NCBI GenBank assembly: GCA_951406725.2
Contig: OX597825.1
Coordinates: 38,564,001 to 38,628,000 of the forward strand
Direction: 5' to 3'
Length of the DNA stretch: 64,000 nucleotides
Source of the DNA: Octopus vulgaris
Taxonomy: Eukaryota
Numbering within the stretch: position 1 is the stretch's first letter; every line of letters begins with the position of its first letter. The translations under genes were made by a program, and so were the position numbers. Shown here in pieces: positions 13,700 through 25,740 of the stretch. The notes beneath the pieces are model-generated. The model searched no databases. It had not been told where the DNA came from and worked only from the letters and a program-made list of their open reading frames with translations.

Positions 13700-14250
13700 A
13701 TCAATAAGATATCATCGGTCACTATCGCGCAGTGGAGACGCCAGCAAGAAGTGAAGTAGGAAGAGGAAGGAGGTAGTCTTCAACCCCTCCTGGCGGTATG
13801 CCGCCGTTGCCAGTCGGTTCGACGCAAACATTAACCGTTCACATGTCCACGTTGTCGTCGTAGGCGGCGAGGACGAAGGACAAAGAAGGAATGGAAATGG
13901 ACCCGGCCCCGGGAAGCGCGCGTGGATAATCCGGTGACAGCCGGTCGTACATGTCCGCCGTCCCGTGTTGGGCGGTGTAAATGAGAGTTTGCCGAGCAAA
14001 ATGGTTTCCGATTCAACGTCTGCGCATCGGGTCGCTCTGGGTGCTATAGCAGGTCAAGGTAAGGAGCTGGATTCGGCAGCGATGCGTCGGGAAGGGGCAT
14101 GTGGCTTACCGGACGCACTTTCGCAGAAAGAGCCTACCGATTAACTGAGTGAGCCAACTTCGGTCCCGCGCTCTCTGCCGCTGCGATTGATTGCAACGGG
14201 AATGTGGTCAACGTGCGTGCAAACGGTGACGACAACGCGTCCGCTTTTTG
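13700..14250. promoter_or_regulatory. GC/CpG-rich island, candidate promoter/first-exon region or unrecognised TE segment
   Basis: Abrupt GC- and CpG-rich stretch in an AT-rich background, flanked by TA and GT microsatellites; donor-like sites AAG|GTAAGG (+, GT at 14059) and CCG|GTAAGC (-, GT at 14109). Function is inferred only. Confidence 0.4.
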
Positions 14251-17200
14251 TGGTGTGTATGTGTGTGTGTGTGTGTTCGTGTGTGTGTGCGTGTGTATGT
14301 GCGTGTGTGCGTGTCTGCGTATGTGCTTGTGTGAAAACGAATGTAAATGAATGTGCTGAAGTAACAACAGATAACAAAAGATAATTAACTGGAGAATGAA
14401 TTCATTCTCATTTGTACTTAAAAGTGAACAATATATGAAAGATACAAAAGTAGATCTTCCAGCCACAGTATATAATTACTATAGCATAATATCGATATAA
14501 TCTAAATGCATAGTGTCCATGCAATAGTAATCGTCAGCGCTAATGATGTTTGAAGAATTTTTTCGAATTATGTCAATACATTATTAATGCTCTCACTTAT
14601 CGTGTTCATTGCACAATAACGATTGCTGATATGGGAAATCTCATTTATTTATAGTAGGCTTACCTCATCGAAGAGCAGCCCGCAATTCCTATAGTGTCAC
14701 GTAAACAGCAAGAAATCACAACAATTCTTTTTGAACTGAAAACTTAAACTTAGGAGGAAATGCAATATATTGTACAGCATGGTCTCTGATATATAGATCA
14801 AACTATGTAATCAGAAATCTAGCATATTTTACAATATATATCCATCTGTTTGCCAACACCTGCAAAATAGGCAGACGTAAGAAACAATAATATTTATTAA
14901 AGAATTCAAATACCTTATACCATTTTAAAGATGCTCCTTTAAAATCTGCGATAATACTTTTATATAGGAACTTATCTAGATTTGTACAAAACTTAAGCGA
15001 ATCACAATACTTTCTCATGTCTTTCATACCTAATTTCCTGTATTTCCTAATATTTTCTTTATATTTCTATATCTTTTTATTCTAATATTCTAAATTAAAT
15101 ATATTTGTATATTTGCTTAATCCTTTGAGTACCATATATCTGTTTAAATGTATGAATGTGTCATATTTGCATTTATGTTGTGCATCACCAACTACTTCAG
15201 ATCAACAACTTTCCGTGACAGATCGGATTAAACGAAGTTAATTTCAAACTTACAGAATATATTACACGATACATAATATGTTAATTACAAAATATATCAG
15301 TATTGACAATTGAGATATATTGAATGAAGTCACGTGCAATAAAGAGCACAACAATTTAGCATATATCAATGTATATGTTTTGCTGCATACTGATGGAATT
15401 CATGATTTTTGTTGTATTCGAAAAATCATCCGTAATTTAAGTAAGGAATGCTTAAACAACTGCAAACAAAAACCAGTGCACGTTTACTATATGCGGACAT
15501 AAATGGCCTGCAGGTGAGATATTAATGTCCCATTATCATCGAAGACACTGGCATCAATACCTAACAAATGGGATGCCATAAAATAGCTTCTGTCTCGTTA
15601 ATCAGTTACGGTCACGTTGACATAGGGGTAATCTAGCGACAGCAGATCGTGAACACACTCCCCGTCTGCTTCCTATATGTCGACGTGTGTGGAACACAGA
15701 ATTATAGTGATTTGAGAGCAATTAGCTTTGTACGTGGAACATATATTCCGATACGGATGGCATATGCAGATTATAGGTGTTAGTTCCTCTAATTATATCA
15801 AAAGAAGGCACTCCCAACTTCACGATATCTTCCATACTCTTTCTCATTGTACTCTTTCTCCTAGAAAGCAATTTTTGTGCGTGTGCGTGTCCACAAAGGA
15901 AAACAAAATGTCAATACATGCTGTATATGTTCTATTTGTTAAGAAGAATCAATCCAAAATGTACTCGATTCCTATTCACATTTTTTGTACAAATTTACAA
16001 GCAGTATATGCACAGATTTACAAAGCGATGTTTTGTAAATATAGAAATCACTTTGTGTGCAAAACACTAGCTAGTTCAAATGTGAAAATATCTGACGTGA
16101 TCTAATGTGTGACAGATAATGATAATAATATTTCAACATATATTCCGGCCCATAATCGGTAGTTTCCAGGTGTGATAATTATGTGGATTAGGCTAATAAT
16201 GTGGATTGCTCGCAGCCCTTGTGTCTCAATGATAGTATATGATGGTAAAAACAAAAATTGAATAAATAAGCCCAAAATATCTATAGATATTTTGATACCA
16301 AGCCGTAGTATGATATATGTTCTATATGCAAATCTTCAGGCATGGCATTTCTGATCTTACTACAATTTTACTGAATCAGGCGTTTGCTGGGCGTATTGTT
16401 TTCTGTAGAGTTTGATCTGGAAGTAGAAGAAGCACAAGGCTTCATATTTGAGTTTAAAGTTACTGCAGTTGGTGAGTTTTGCTCGTGTTTCGGTCGGAAA
16501 TGTCTTACTCAATATACGATTTTTTTCGACAATAGTTGTGATTCAACGGCTGGTAAATCAGGTAAACTGATGTATGGTTTATGAATAATGAACACCCCAA
16601 AACAGTTATATACATACATACATACACACGCGCACACATACTTGTACATGCATACACATACGTATACATGCGCACACATACTTATACATGCACACACAGA
16701 TGTGTATGCGGTATGCGCATGTAAAAGAAATGTTGTATATGCGCGTGTGAGTTGCATATATATGTGTGTATCTATCACACACAAGGCGCATATTACCGGT
16801 GTATATATTAAAAATATTATTAATCAATAATTCATTATCAAAAGCTCATAGAGCTATAATTGTTTGTATTTATTTCAAATTCCTTTTAGGGAATGAAAAT
16901 GGACCATGCATATCTATTATTCAACAAATATTTCTATGCGAAGTTTCGAAGTTATTTCAGAAGTTACTTAGAGTTATATAGTTATATTAGGTGATATCAG
17001 AGAATCTATATAAGCTTAAGAGACGAAAGTAAAACAACGGTGCAATTTGAATGGAAACATAAGGGAAAATGAAACTCTAACTCTGTAATGTAAACTTTTC
17101 TATATGCTTCGGTCTTATATAAGTAACTGAAATTAGGAACTGGATTAAGAATTTTAATAGGAAGTTAGGATGTGATTTATTGGGAAATCAACAGAGATAC

Positions 17201-17965
17201 TTGTAGAACGAATGAGAACAAGAAAGAATTATCTCAGAGCGTGCAAATTAAAGGAAATACAAATAGAAAATGAGACGGAAAGGAGATGCACTTTTATGAC
17301 AGAATAATAGATATGTACACAGGACGTCAGTGTCAGAGGAGTAATTGTCAAAATGAAGGAAAATCTAGATGTTAAAAAAAAGATAGAAATTCAGAAAGAA
17401 AACAAAAATTTCGTACTAAACATACAAGATCTATGTAAAACGAAAAACAAATGTTTATCGAAATTATAAGTAGTAAAACAAACATAAAAAATAGAGAAAG
17501 ATAGATTCCGACAAAACTGACAAAAGGAGCAAATGAATAGTGATAATAGCAAATGAACGAGCAAAGGTGGAAAAATGTCATCAAATGGGACAATATTATA
17601 TCCCATTCAGCATAAAAGTGGCAGAGAAACAGAACAGTGATTACAGAGATAAACAATGAAATGTTAAAGAGGGAGGGGGAAGAAGAAGGCATCCAGTCGA
17701 TAGCCGAATGGAAAATAAGATGACTGAGACTGCGAGGATACGAATATTGTAAAAGGTCGAACGCGCGGCCATAAGTGCGTGAATAAATGTTTTATGGATA
17801 TTAGAGCCATTTTCTCAATATGATAAAGATGACAGTAGCTAAAAAAGAAAGGCTGTCTAAAAATATATAATTCCCTGCTCTTCAACGCTTTTTTTGATGA
17901 GTAGAGTAAATGAAATTTGCCTTATAAATGAAGGAAAATCTGATAAAATGAAAGAGAAATGAGGT

Positions 17966-17966
<1 letters not shown>

Positions 17967-18018
<52 letters not shown>
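17967..18018. repeat. (GA)n microsatellite
   Basis: Read directly. Confidence 0.95.
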
Positions 18019-18022
<4 letters not shown>

Positions 18023-19282
18023 GAGGGTTAAGAGAGAATAGGTAAGTGAGTATAGCTGTGAACATATCCGAACGGGATGATGGGGAAAACATTTCTTTTA
18101 TGTTGGGGCCTATATGAAGTACACAATATGGAATAATTGAAAGATGTGATGATCGATATAAATGTTGAGAGAGAATGCTGCAAAGCTGTAAATCTTAGGG
18201 ACAATATCCAACTGAAAATGGTTGTGAAGGTAAAAAAGTAGCAGACGAAAACTTTTACGGAGTGCAACAGAATAAAGTAGAAGTAGGGAAAATGGAGAGG
18301 ATCAGAGATAGGAACTGAAGTTCTTAGTGAGAGAAAATCCATTGATATCACGCTATCTGTTCATCTGTTTTTTCTTTGGTCCATTTGCAAATGAGATGCT
18401 GACGAAGAAAACCACTTCCCGAGAGATACAGAAATGCTTTCTTTTTTCTTAGATGTTTTACGTTTTATTTTCGTAGCAAGATTTTATATTTTTCCTGTTG
18501 ATGTTTATTTGTAATTATATTATTTTAAATTTACTTATTTCTTTTTTTAAGTTTTCACATTTTTTTATGTATCATTCTGACATGGTTTCTGCATTAATAT
18601 CTTTTAATTTTCATATCTCCCTAGACAGAAAATATATCGAAGATTGCCGTCTGACTATGTGTTACAAGAAAATTGCTGAAGTTTTTTATTTGTTGTTGCA
18701 GCTGTTGCTACTATTCTTGATATTGCTGTTGTTGTTGTGTTTACTATTCTTATTATTACCGGTTCTAGCTGCTTTTATTCTGATCTTTCCCACAAAACTA
18801 TTCAAGTGAAATCAAATATTTCTAGCATACACAGAATTTGAAAAAATCAATTAATTTAATGTGATTTCATTTGTTTTTGACATTTGCATTGTTTTTATGT
18901 GTATTTATTTCTAGTGAATACATCGTGTAATTCTTGACTAAATAATTACTTTTTCCATTTTTCTTTCTTTTTTTTTTCTCGGGAAATATCTAACCAATAA
19001 CAAGTAAAATCGTGTCCGAATTGTTCACCTTTTCTTTTATTTCTTACTCGTATATGATGGATAATATAATAGAACAGCGCATGATAAAAAAAAGATATAG
19101 TATATTTCATTATGAAACAGGCAGGGTACTTACCTAAGAGGACTTAATCATTTTATAAACTAGGATCTTTAAATGGATGGCAGTAATAAATTGTAACAGA
19201 GGGTGATCATTGAAATGTTGCTAATGGACTCAAAGATCAATGCCTCCCATTGTCTTATATACAAAAAGTAAATTTGAGATTA

Positions 19283-19332
<50 letters not shown>

Positions 19333-19415
19333 ATATCTATATATCTATCTATCTATATATCTATCTATCTATCTGTCTATCTTTCTATCTATATCTATAT
19401 CTATCTATCTATCTA

Positions 19416-19450
<35 letters not shown>
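19283..19450. repeat. (TATC)n grading into (TA)n microsatellite
   Basis: Read directly. Confidence 0.95.
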
Positions 19451-19454
<4 letters not shown>

Positions 19455-19937
19455 CGAAAATATTTTGGGACTGACCAGCCATATAATTTGTAAACACAGC
19501 TCTGGAGTTACTTTTTAATTCATAATGAAGTATATTTAACAGCAAGCACTATTATATTGTACAGATTTGTGACTCCAGTCATCAATTCAACACAGATATT
19601 GTGTACAATCTTACATTCCTTTATTTTTAAATTTCCCAATCCGAGTGATTGCGGTAGTGTACATATTGTGGGGATTTGATATGTTGCAAATTTTTGAACT
19701 AAATTCGGATGCCGTAGTTAGTGTTGTGAGATGAAATTTCAGGGTTGATGAGGTGATCAAAATGTATGCAAGTTTCTGCCTTAGTGAGAGGAACATTTGA
19801 ACATAGATGCCAACGTAATGCTTATACCGCAGCTACAGGGTAATGGGTCGTTATTATTAGTGTCTGTGAAGTTGTCATCGTGGTTATATGATGGCAGCAG
19901 TGAAACACAGTTTTACAAATAAGTAAACACATTCACA

Positions 19938-19995
<58 letters not shown>

Positions 19996-20270
19996 CACGT
20001 AGACACACGTACACAAGCATATTTACCTTATGATATATAACGCACACGATATAAAACCGGTGATCCATACTTGTAACAGCGGTACACAGAAGCCATGTTA
20101 TTTAAATACACTTTAATTTTACTGGTACCCATAAGAAAAAGCGTCATATAACATAATTCGTCAAAAAGAAAAGAAAATCAAAAATGAAAAAAGAAATCCT
20201 GTATAGCGTTTCTTGTCATATTAGAATAACATAACTAATGATTTTCAGAAAAAATTCTCATGCTTCACCC

Positions 20271-20329
<59 letters not shown>

Positions 20330-20384
20330 ATGTGTGTGTGTGTGCATGTATGTGTGTATATATATCTATCTATCTATCTATCTA

Positions 20385-20431
<47 letters not shown>

Positions 20432-20555
20432 CCTATTTTGGAGCCGGCCAGCGAAATAATTTTTAAGAACACAGTAAGAAGATCTCTGCAGTTGGTTTTT
20501 AATCCCAATTGAAGTGTATTTAACAACAAGCGGTTATATATTGTACAGATTGAAA
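19455..20555 (+). repeat. Two diverged direct copies (about 19455-19570 and 20430-20555) of a ~115-bp repeat, each right after a TATC/TA tract
   Basis: tattttgggactgaccagcc...tttttaattcataatgaagtatatttaacagcaagcactattatattgtacagatt versus tattttggagccggccagcg...tttttaatcccaattgaagtgtatttaacaacaagcggttatatattgtacagatt; a related start occurs at about 6420. Confidence 0.75.
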
Positions 20556-21546
20556 TTTATTTCATTTAGCGTATCCGTTTTTGGCATGGTGACAAATTCA
20601 GAAATCAATATTGTTATGCTTTGATGGAAGCTTTATGAAAACAAATTAAACTAGAAGTTTTTTCCCCTCTAACACATTCAAAGCAACAGGGTTTCTAGTA
20701 ATAAACAGTCTGTAGAAACAACTGTACTATAGAGCATGCTACTGTTCTTATCTTGTATGTTCGCTATAATCTGTGGTCGGATCAAATCATATAACATAAT
20801 TCTTATTTAAAATAACGTATACTCACATGTAAGCCTAGAATACATAATATTTCTATATCGATAAATTTTCCAATATCTTTACCAAATATCTTGAAATAAG
20901 AGAGGATTGGGAAACAAAAAAATATACCATTTCAATACAAAAAACCAATATTAATAATTCTTACTAAGAAATCTGTGTTACCGATAATCAACTAAAGCCT
21001 ATATTTACGACCCTGTTATAATGGATTAAATAATAGCTTTGCTAAAGGGCTCAATTAAATTATTCGTCAGTTGGCGAGATCACCTTACTGTTCACTCATC
21101 CATATGTATGTGACTATATATGTGAATATAAATTTGAAACATGCGTACATGAAACTCGACAATAATCTAGAAAATCTTATTTGATTTTATCTGCTTTATT
21201 AACTAGCTGATATTTATTTTAGTTACACGCTGAAACATAAAAGTGCATTCGGTATTGTAACGTTTAAACTATTACTTTAAACCTTTCTGTGCCTCTATGA
21301 ATGTTCTCCAGAAATATAGACGTATATCTTCAATTAGTTACATATGACTAGTTATACGGTTAATATTTTAAAATGTAAAGATAAATATGGAGTTTCGTGT
21401 GCTGTTCCTGATAATTATATTGAAGTAAAACTAGAATTCAGTGTCCTGGCGTTGCTGAAATTAAGAAATTTGTGAGGTAACAGAAGGTATCTGTGTATAC
21501 TTGTGTAATACACACATGTACACAAGTATATACATGCACACATACA

Positions 21547-21650
<104 letters not shown>

Positions 21651-22087
21651 TGTATATATATAAATACACAAACATACACATATGTGTATATATATATATG
21701 CATCAAATCGTTTAATATGTTTGAGAGAGGTTTGATGGTATATATGGTAGTCAATATGTGCTTGTTTGTGGTAGAGCGCCTACATGCATAAAAAACATCG
21801 TTTTATCGCTTGCTTGTTGTTCTGATCATCGCTTAATATGGAATACCGCAAATCATTATTGCACATACCGGAAAAATGTATGTGCGGATAACCTAAGTTT
21901 ATAAATGTGAATGGAGGAAATTACTTTTTTACCAATAAAATATGCATATATGTTAAAAGATTCGTTAGCAAGTTTACCATTTCATCATATGTGCCTACAT
22001 CATTAGTGTGAATCGGCCAATATATATATCTAGCTACATCAGTGATTAGAAGAATCTGATCAGTTTATTTTGTCCTATACTAGGACT

Positions 22088-22121
<34 letters not shown>

Positions 22122-22122
<1 letters not shown>

Positions 22123-22830
22123 TAGCTTACGGTGACCCGCTTTATACGCGCGGGTGAGGTTGTGGTTGTTACTTTCTGTTTCTTATCGCCACATTCTCCA
22201 CTCTCATCTTCCACTCTCTTACTCTTCCTTTCTCTCGGACTTTCCCTCACTTTCTCTAACTCTTTATCTTTCTCTATCTATCTCTCTGCCATTATAAAAA
22301 AAAATGATTTCTGCGTTTAAATTAGAATTCTGCTTCCACTTTACCATGTTGAAAATTTGATTGAAATCGGGCAAAATGTGTCCGATCTAGACCACCAAGT
22401 GTCCCCCCAAATCAATAAAATCCCAGTTTTCACACCAAAACAACCACTTTAGAGCCACAAAACGTCTCCCAATCAATTTCCCCCCTTGAAGTTACCACCT
22501 CCTGTAAAACTGAATCCCCTTTCAGCCCCATTTAAACCCCTTTTACATAAAAATCCAATATGTGTCTACGTTCGCCTTCTTCATTATATAGATAGGATTA
22601 AACGCCAATCGCACCAATCTGGAGGGGCTTAGAGCCGCCTTGAATCTTCTCACCATAGCAACCGCATCTTTCCAGATGGTGAGTTTTAACCTACTCAACT
22701 CTGCCTCATCACGCCTTCTATGCCTGTGTCAATTTTCAGCTCGATCTGACCACTGGTGTGGCTGCCAACCTCTGACGTAGCAAAACGTGCACACAATTTT
22801 GGCCCAAAGCCTCTTTTATATATATATAGA
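22122..22830 (-). mobile_element. Non-autonomous Helitron
   Basis: Minus strand begins TC (a|tctatatatatataaaag) and ends CTAG|T (22125-22122), with a GC-rich subterminal hairpin acccgc...gcgggt (22135-22156); inserted at an AT dinucleotide with no TSD. Confidence 0.75.
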
Positions 22831-24023
22831 TAGCAGAGAAACCCGGTCTTGCCCTGGATTAAAATAGTTTATCATTGTTTTATTTGTTTCGGTATTATAA
22901 CTCGATTTCATTCTTGTCTACGCGGGCAACACTTTAAAGATGAGGAATTTTGCCCTAGAGGCCATACCTTTCAATTGAGCAAACTCAATGTTGCCATGCA
23001 AACACGCCGGGACTTTTAACATAGGTGTGCAAATTTTCAACTGAATCCTACTATATTTACTAACACTTTCGCCTGTAAAACTGCTTGTGAGACAAGGTCT
23101 GCCCTTTTCACAAATATGTAGTAGACCTACAGAGATACCCGACCTTACTTGGGATTAAAATGGCATAGTTTTTCATTGTTCTACTTGTTTGGTTAATATA
23201 AGCCGATTTCATTCGGGTGTAATCGGGCCACATTTTAAAAGATGAGGAATATAGGACACACCTTTCATTTGAGGAAAATAATAGTTGCCATGCAAACTCG
23301 CCAGCACTTTTAACATAAGTGTGCATATGTTCAGCTCAACCGACCACATACTGCACACATAATATATATATATATATAAACGCATTAAATATATATATGT
23401 ACATATATACGCATTATATATATATGTATGTGTGTGTGTGTACGCATTATATATACAAATGTATACAAATTATATATATATATATATACATACAGATATA
23501 TACACTTTGTATATATACATATTTATATATAGATACATACACACACACACACACATATATATAAATTAACCCAATAAATATTTGATTCATATTTATTTTT
23601 ATGATTGTGTGGTGGTTGTGGCGATAATAAAATTCTCTATGAATGCAGACAGACGTACAAAGAGAGAGAGAGGGGGAGACGGTGGTATAAAGAGTGACAG
23701 CGCTGGCGAAGGCGGCAGGGAAAGATAGTAGCATTTGTCAAACGTCCTTATAGAGAGAAAGTGATGGGAAGGGAGGAAACAGAGAGAGACAGAGAAAGAC
23801 ATGCAGATAAGAGAATGAGAGGAGACTTGTCAAAGTGTACGTTTTTTGCCCTAGTAACCACACATTTGAGGATAGGGATTTCTAGCCCACTCATATGCTC
23901 ACCTCCTTTTACATGTCCCTGCAAATTTTGGAGTCAATCCGACGGGATCTAGTGCCATTTAAGCCGTTCCAATGCCAAAACCAGACAAACAAACGTTTCG
24001 CATTTCAGATTTATAGATATTGA
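22831..24023 (-). mobile_element. Second non-autonomous Helitron-like element in tandem, with an internal direct duplication
   Basis: 3'-end-like tagcagagaaacccggtcttgccctgg abuts element 1; 5'-end-like ...gatttatagatattga|t at 24023; internal repeats 22904-23048 and 23205-23342 (gatttcattc...aaagatgaggaat...gttgccatgcaaac...cttttaacata.gtgtgca). Confidence 0.6.
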
Positions 24024-24036
24024 TATATATATACTA

Positions 24037-25363
24037 GGTAAGTAGAAAAGGCCTCTTTATCATGCTCCAAAAAATCGGATTTCCACCAAAGCTGCTGTTG
24101 ATCATTAAATCTTTCCATGATGATATGCAAGGCACCATACAGCACAATGGTTCAACGTCAGCCGCCTTCCAAATGAAAAACGGGGTAAAGCAAGGTTGTT
24201 TCCTTGCTCCTACATTATTTGGCATCTTCTTCTCGCTGCTGCTCTCACATGCCTTTCAAACATCAGATGATGGAGTGTTTCTGCACAGTAGAAGTGCCGG
24301 AAAACACTTCAATCTCTCGCGCTTGCGTGCCTAGACCAAAATCAGAAGTGTCCTGATCAAGGAGATGCTATTTGCTGATGATGCCGCTCTGGTATCACAC
24401 ACAGAAGAAACCCTATAATGGCTCATCAACTATTTTGAGCAAGCATGTAACGACTTTGGCTTAGTTATAAGCCTCAAGATAACCAATATCATGGGTCACG
24501 CTACATCGGACATCCCAAACATACATATTGGAGACCACAGTTTATATGAGGTGAATGTGTTTACCTCTCTTGGCTCTACCGTCACCTACAACCTATCCAT
24601 ATATTGATGCTGAGCTCAACATAATTATTGGCAAAGCAGCTGCTGTGATGGCCCAACTCTCCAAACGGGCATGGGAAAACAATAAGCTGACCAAGACCAC
24701 AAAAATGAAGATTTACCACGCATGTGTACTTAGCACTCTACTGTATGGAAGTGAGACTTGGACGCCATACACACGCCAAGAGCGTCGTCTAAATATCTTT
24801 TACCTGCGCTGCCTCCGGAAAATTCTTCGCATCAAATGGCAGAATCATGTCCCCAAGAAAGATTTCCTCAAGCAAGCAAGAATACCAAGCACGTTTGCAC
24901 TCCTCACCCAAGGACGTATGAGATTGCTTGTACATGTTAGCCGTATGGAAGATGGCAGAATCTCAAAGGACATACTCTACGGAGAGCTTGCTAGGGGCAC
25001 TAGGTCTGTGGGAAGACCGTTCTTACGATACAAGGATGTTTGCTTAAGGGACATAAATGCCTGCAACTTCAATATTAGCAACTGGAGATTGGTGACGTAC
25101 CGTAAAAGACAGAACACAAAGAAGCGACAGAGAGAGAGAGAGAGAGGAGAAATGGAAAGACAAGAAAAGACGTCAACAAGAAACTATGACATTATAACCA
25201 GCCAGGAAATGTCTTAGCTACATTTGCGGCACCTGCCAAAGGGAGTGCTTGTACAGTATAGGACTGCACAGCCACAGCAGGAAATGTTTTAGGACATCAA
25301 ATGTAAAGCCTGACTAGATTATTTTATATGCAACTCCATTGTCTCTCGAGAAAAAAAGGATGC

Positions 25364-25375
<12 letters not shown>
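24037..25375 (+). mobile_element. 5'-truncated RTE-clade LINE: reverse transcriptase C-terminal half and 3' UTR, pseudogenised
   Basis: Translation VSRKGLF..LQKIGFPPKLL..GVKQGCFLAPTLF..EMLFADDAAL..LLYGSETW..HVSRMEDGRISKDILYGEL..GRPFLRYKD; in-frame stops and frameshifts; (caa)n tail; candidate TSD atatatatatacta at 24023-24036 and 25421-25434. Confidence 0.95.
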
Positions 25376-25432
<57 letters not shown>

Positions 25433-25435
25433 TAC

Positions 25436-25667
25436 CATTATAGGATGAAGTTTTTTACAGAAAAAAATCATCTAAATGTGGTAGCATATTAAAATACCTT
25501 TAAAGGTTAAAATTATAAACAACTTATAAACAAGGGCAAAAGAAAATTTTCTTTTGTCCTTGTTTATAAGTTGCTTATAATTTTTACCTTTAAAGGTATT
25601 TTGATATGCTGCCACTTTTTGATGAATTTCTTTTCTGTAAAAAATCCTGTATTAGTTCATCCTGTAT

Positions 25668-25671
<4 letters not shown>
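25436..25671. repeat. ~235-bp loop-less palindrome (foldback/MITE-like)
   Basis: Arms mirror around agaaaa|ttttct at 25546/25547, e.g. aaaatacctttaaagg and cctttaaaggtatttt, aacttataaacaagg and ccttgtttataagtt. Confidence 0.9.

Positions 25672-25740
<69 letters not shown>

Noticed and set aside
17000-18340. Purine-rich stretch resembling a decayed LINE
   Set aside because: Strand bias only; no recognisable RT or endonuclease motif.
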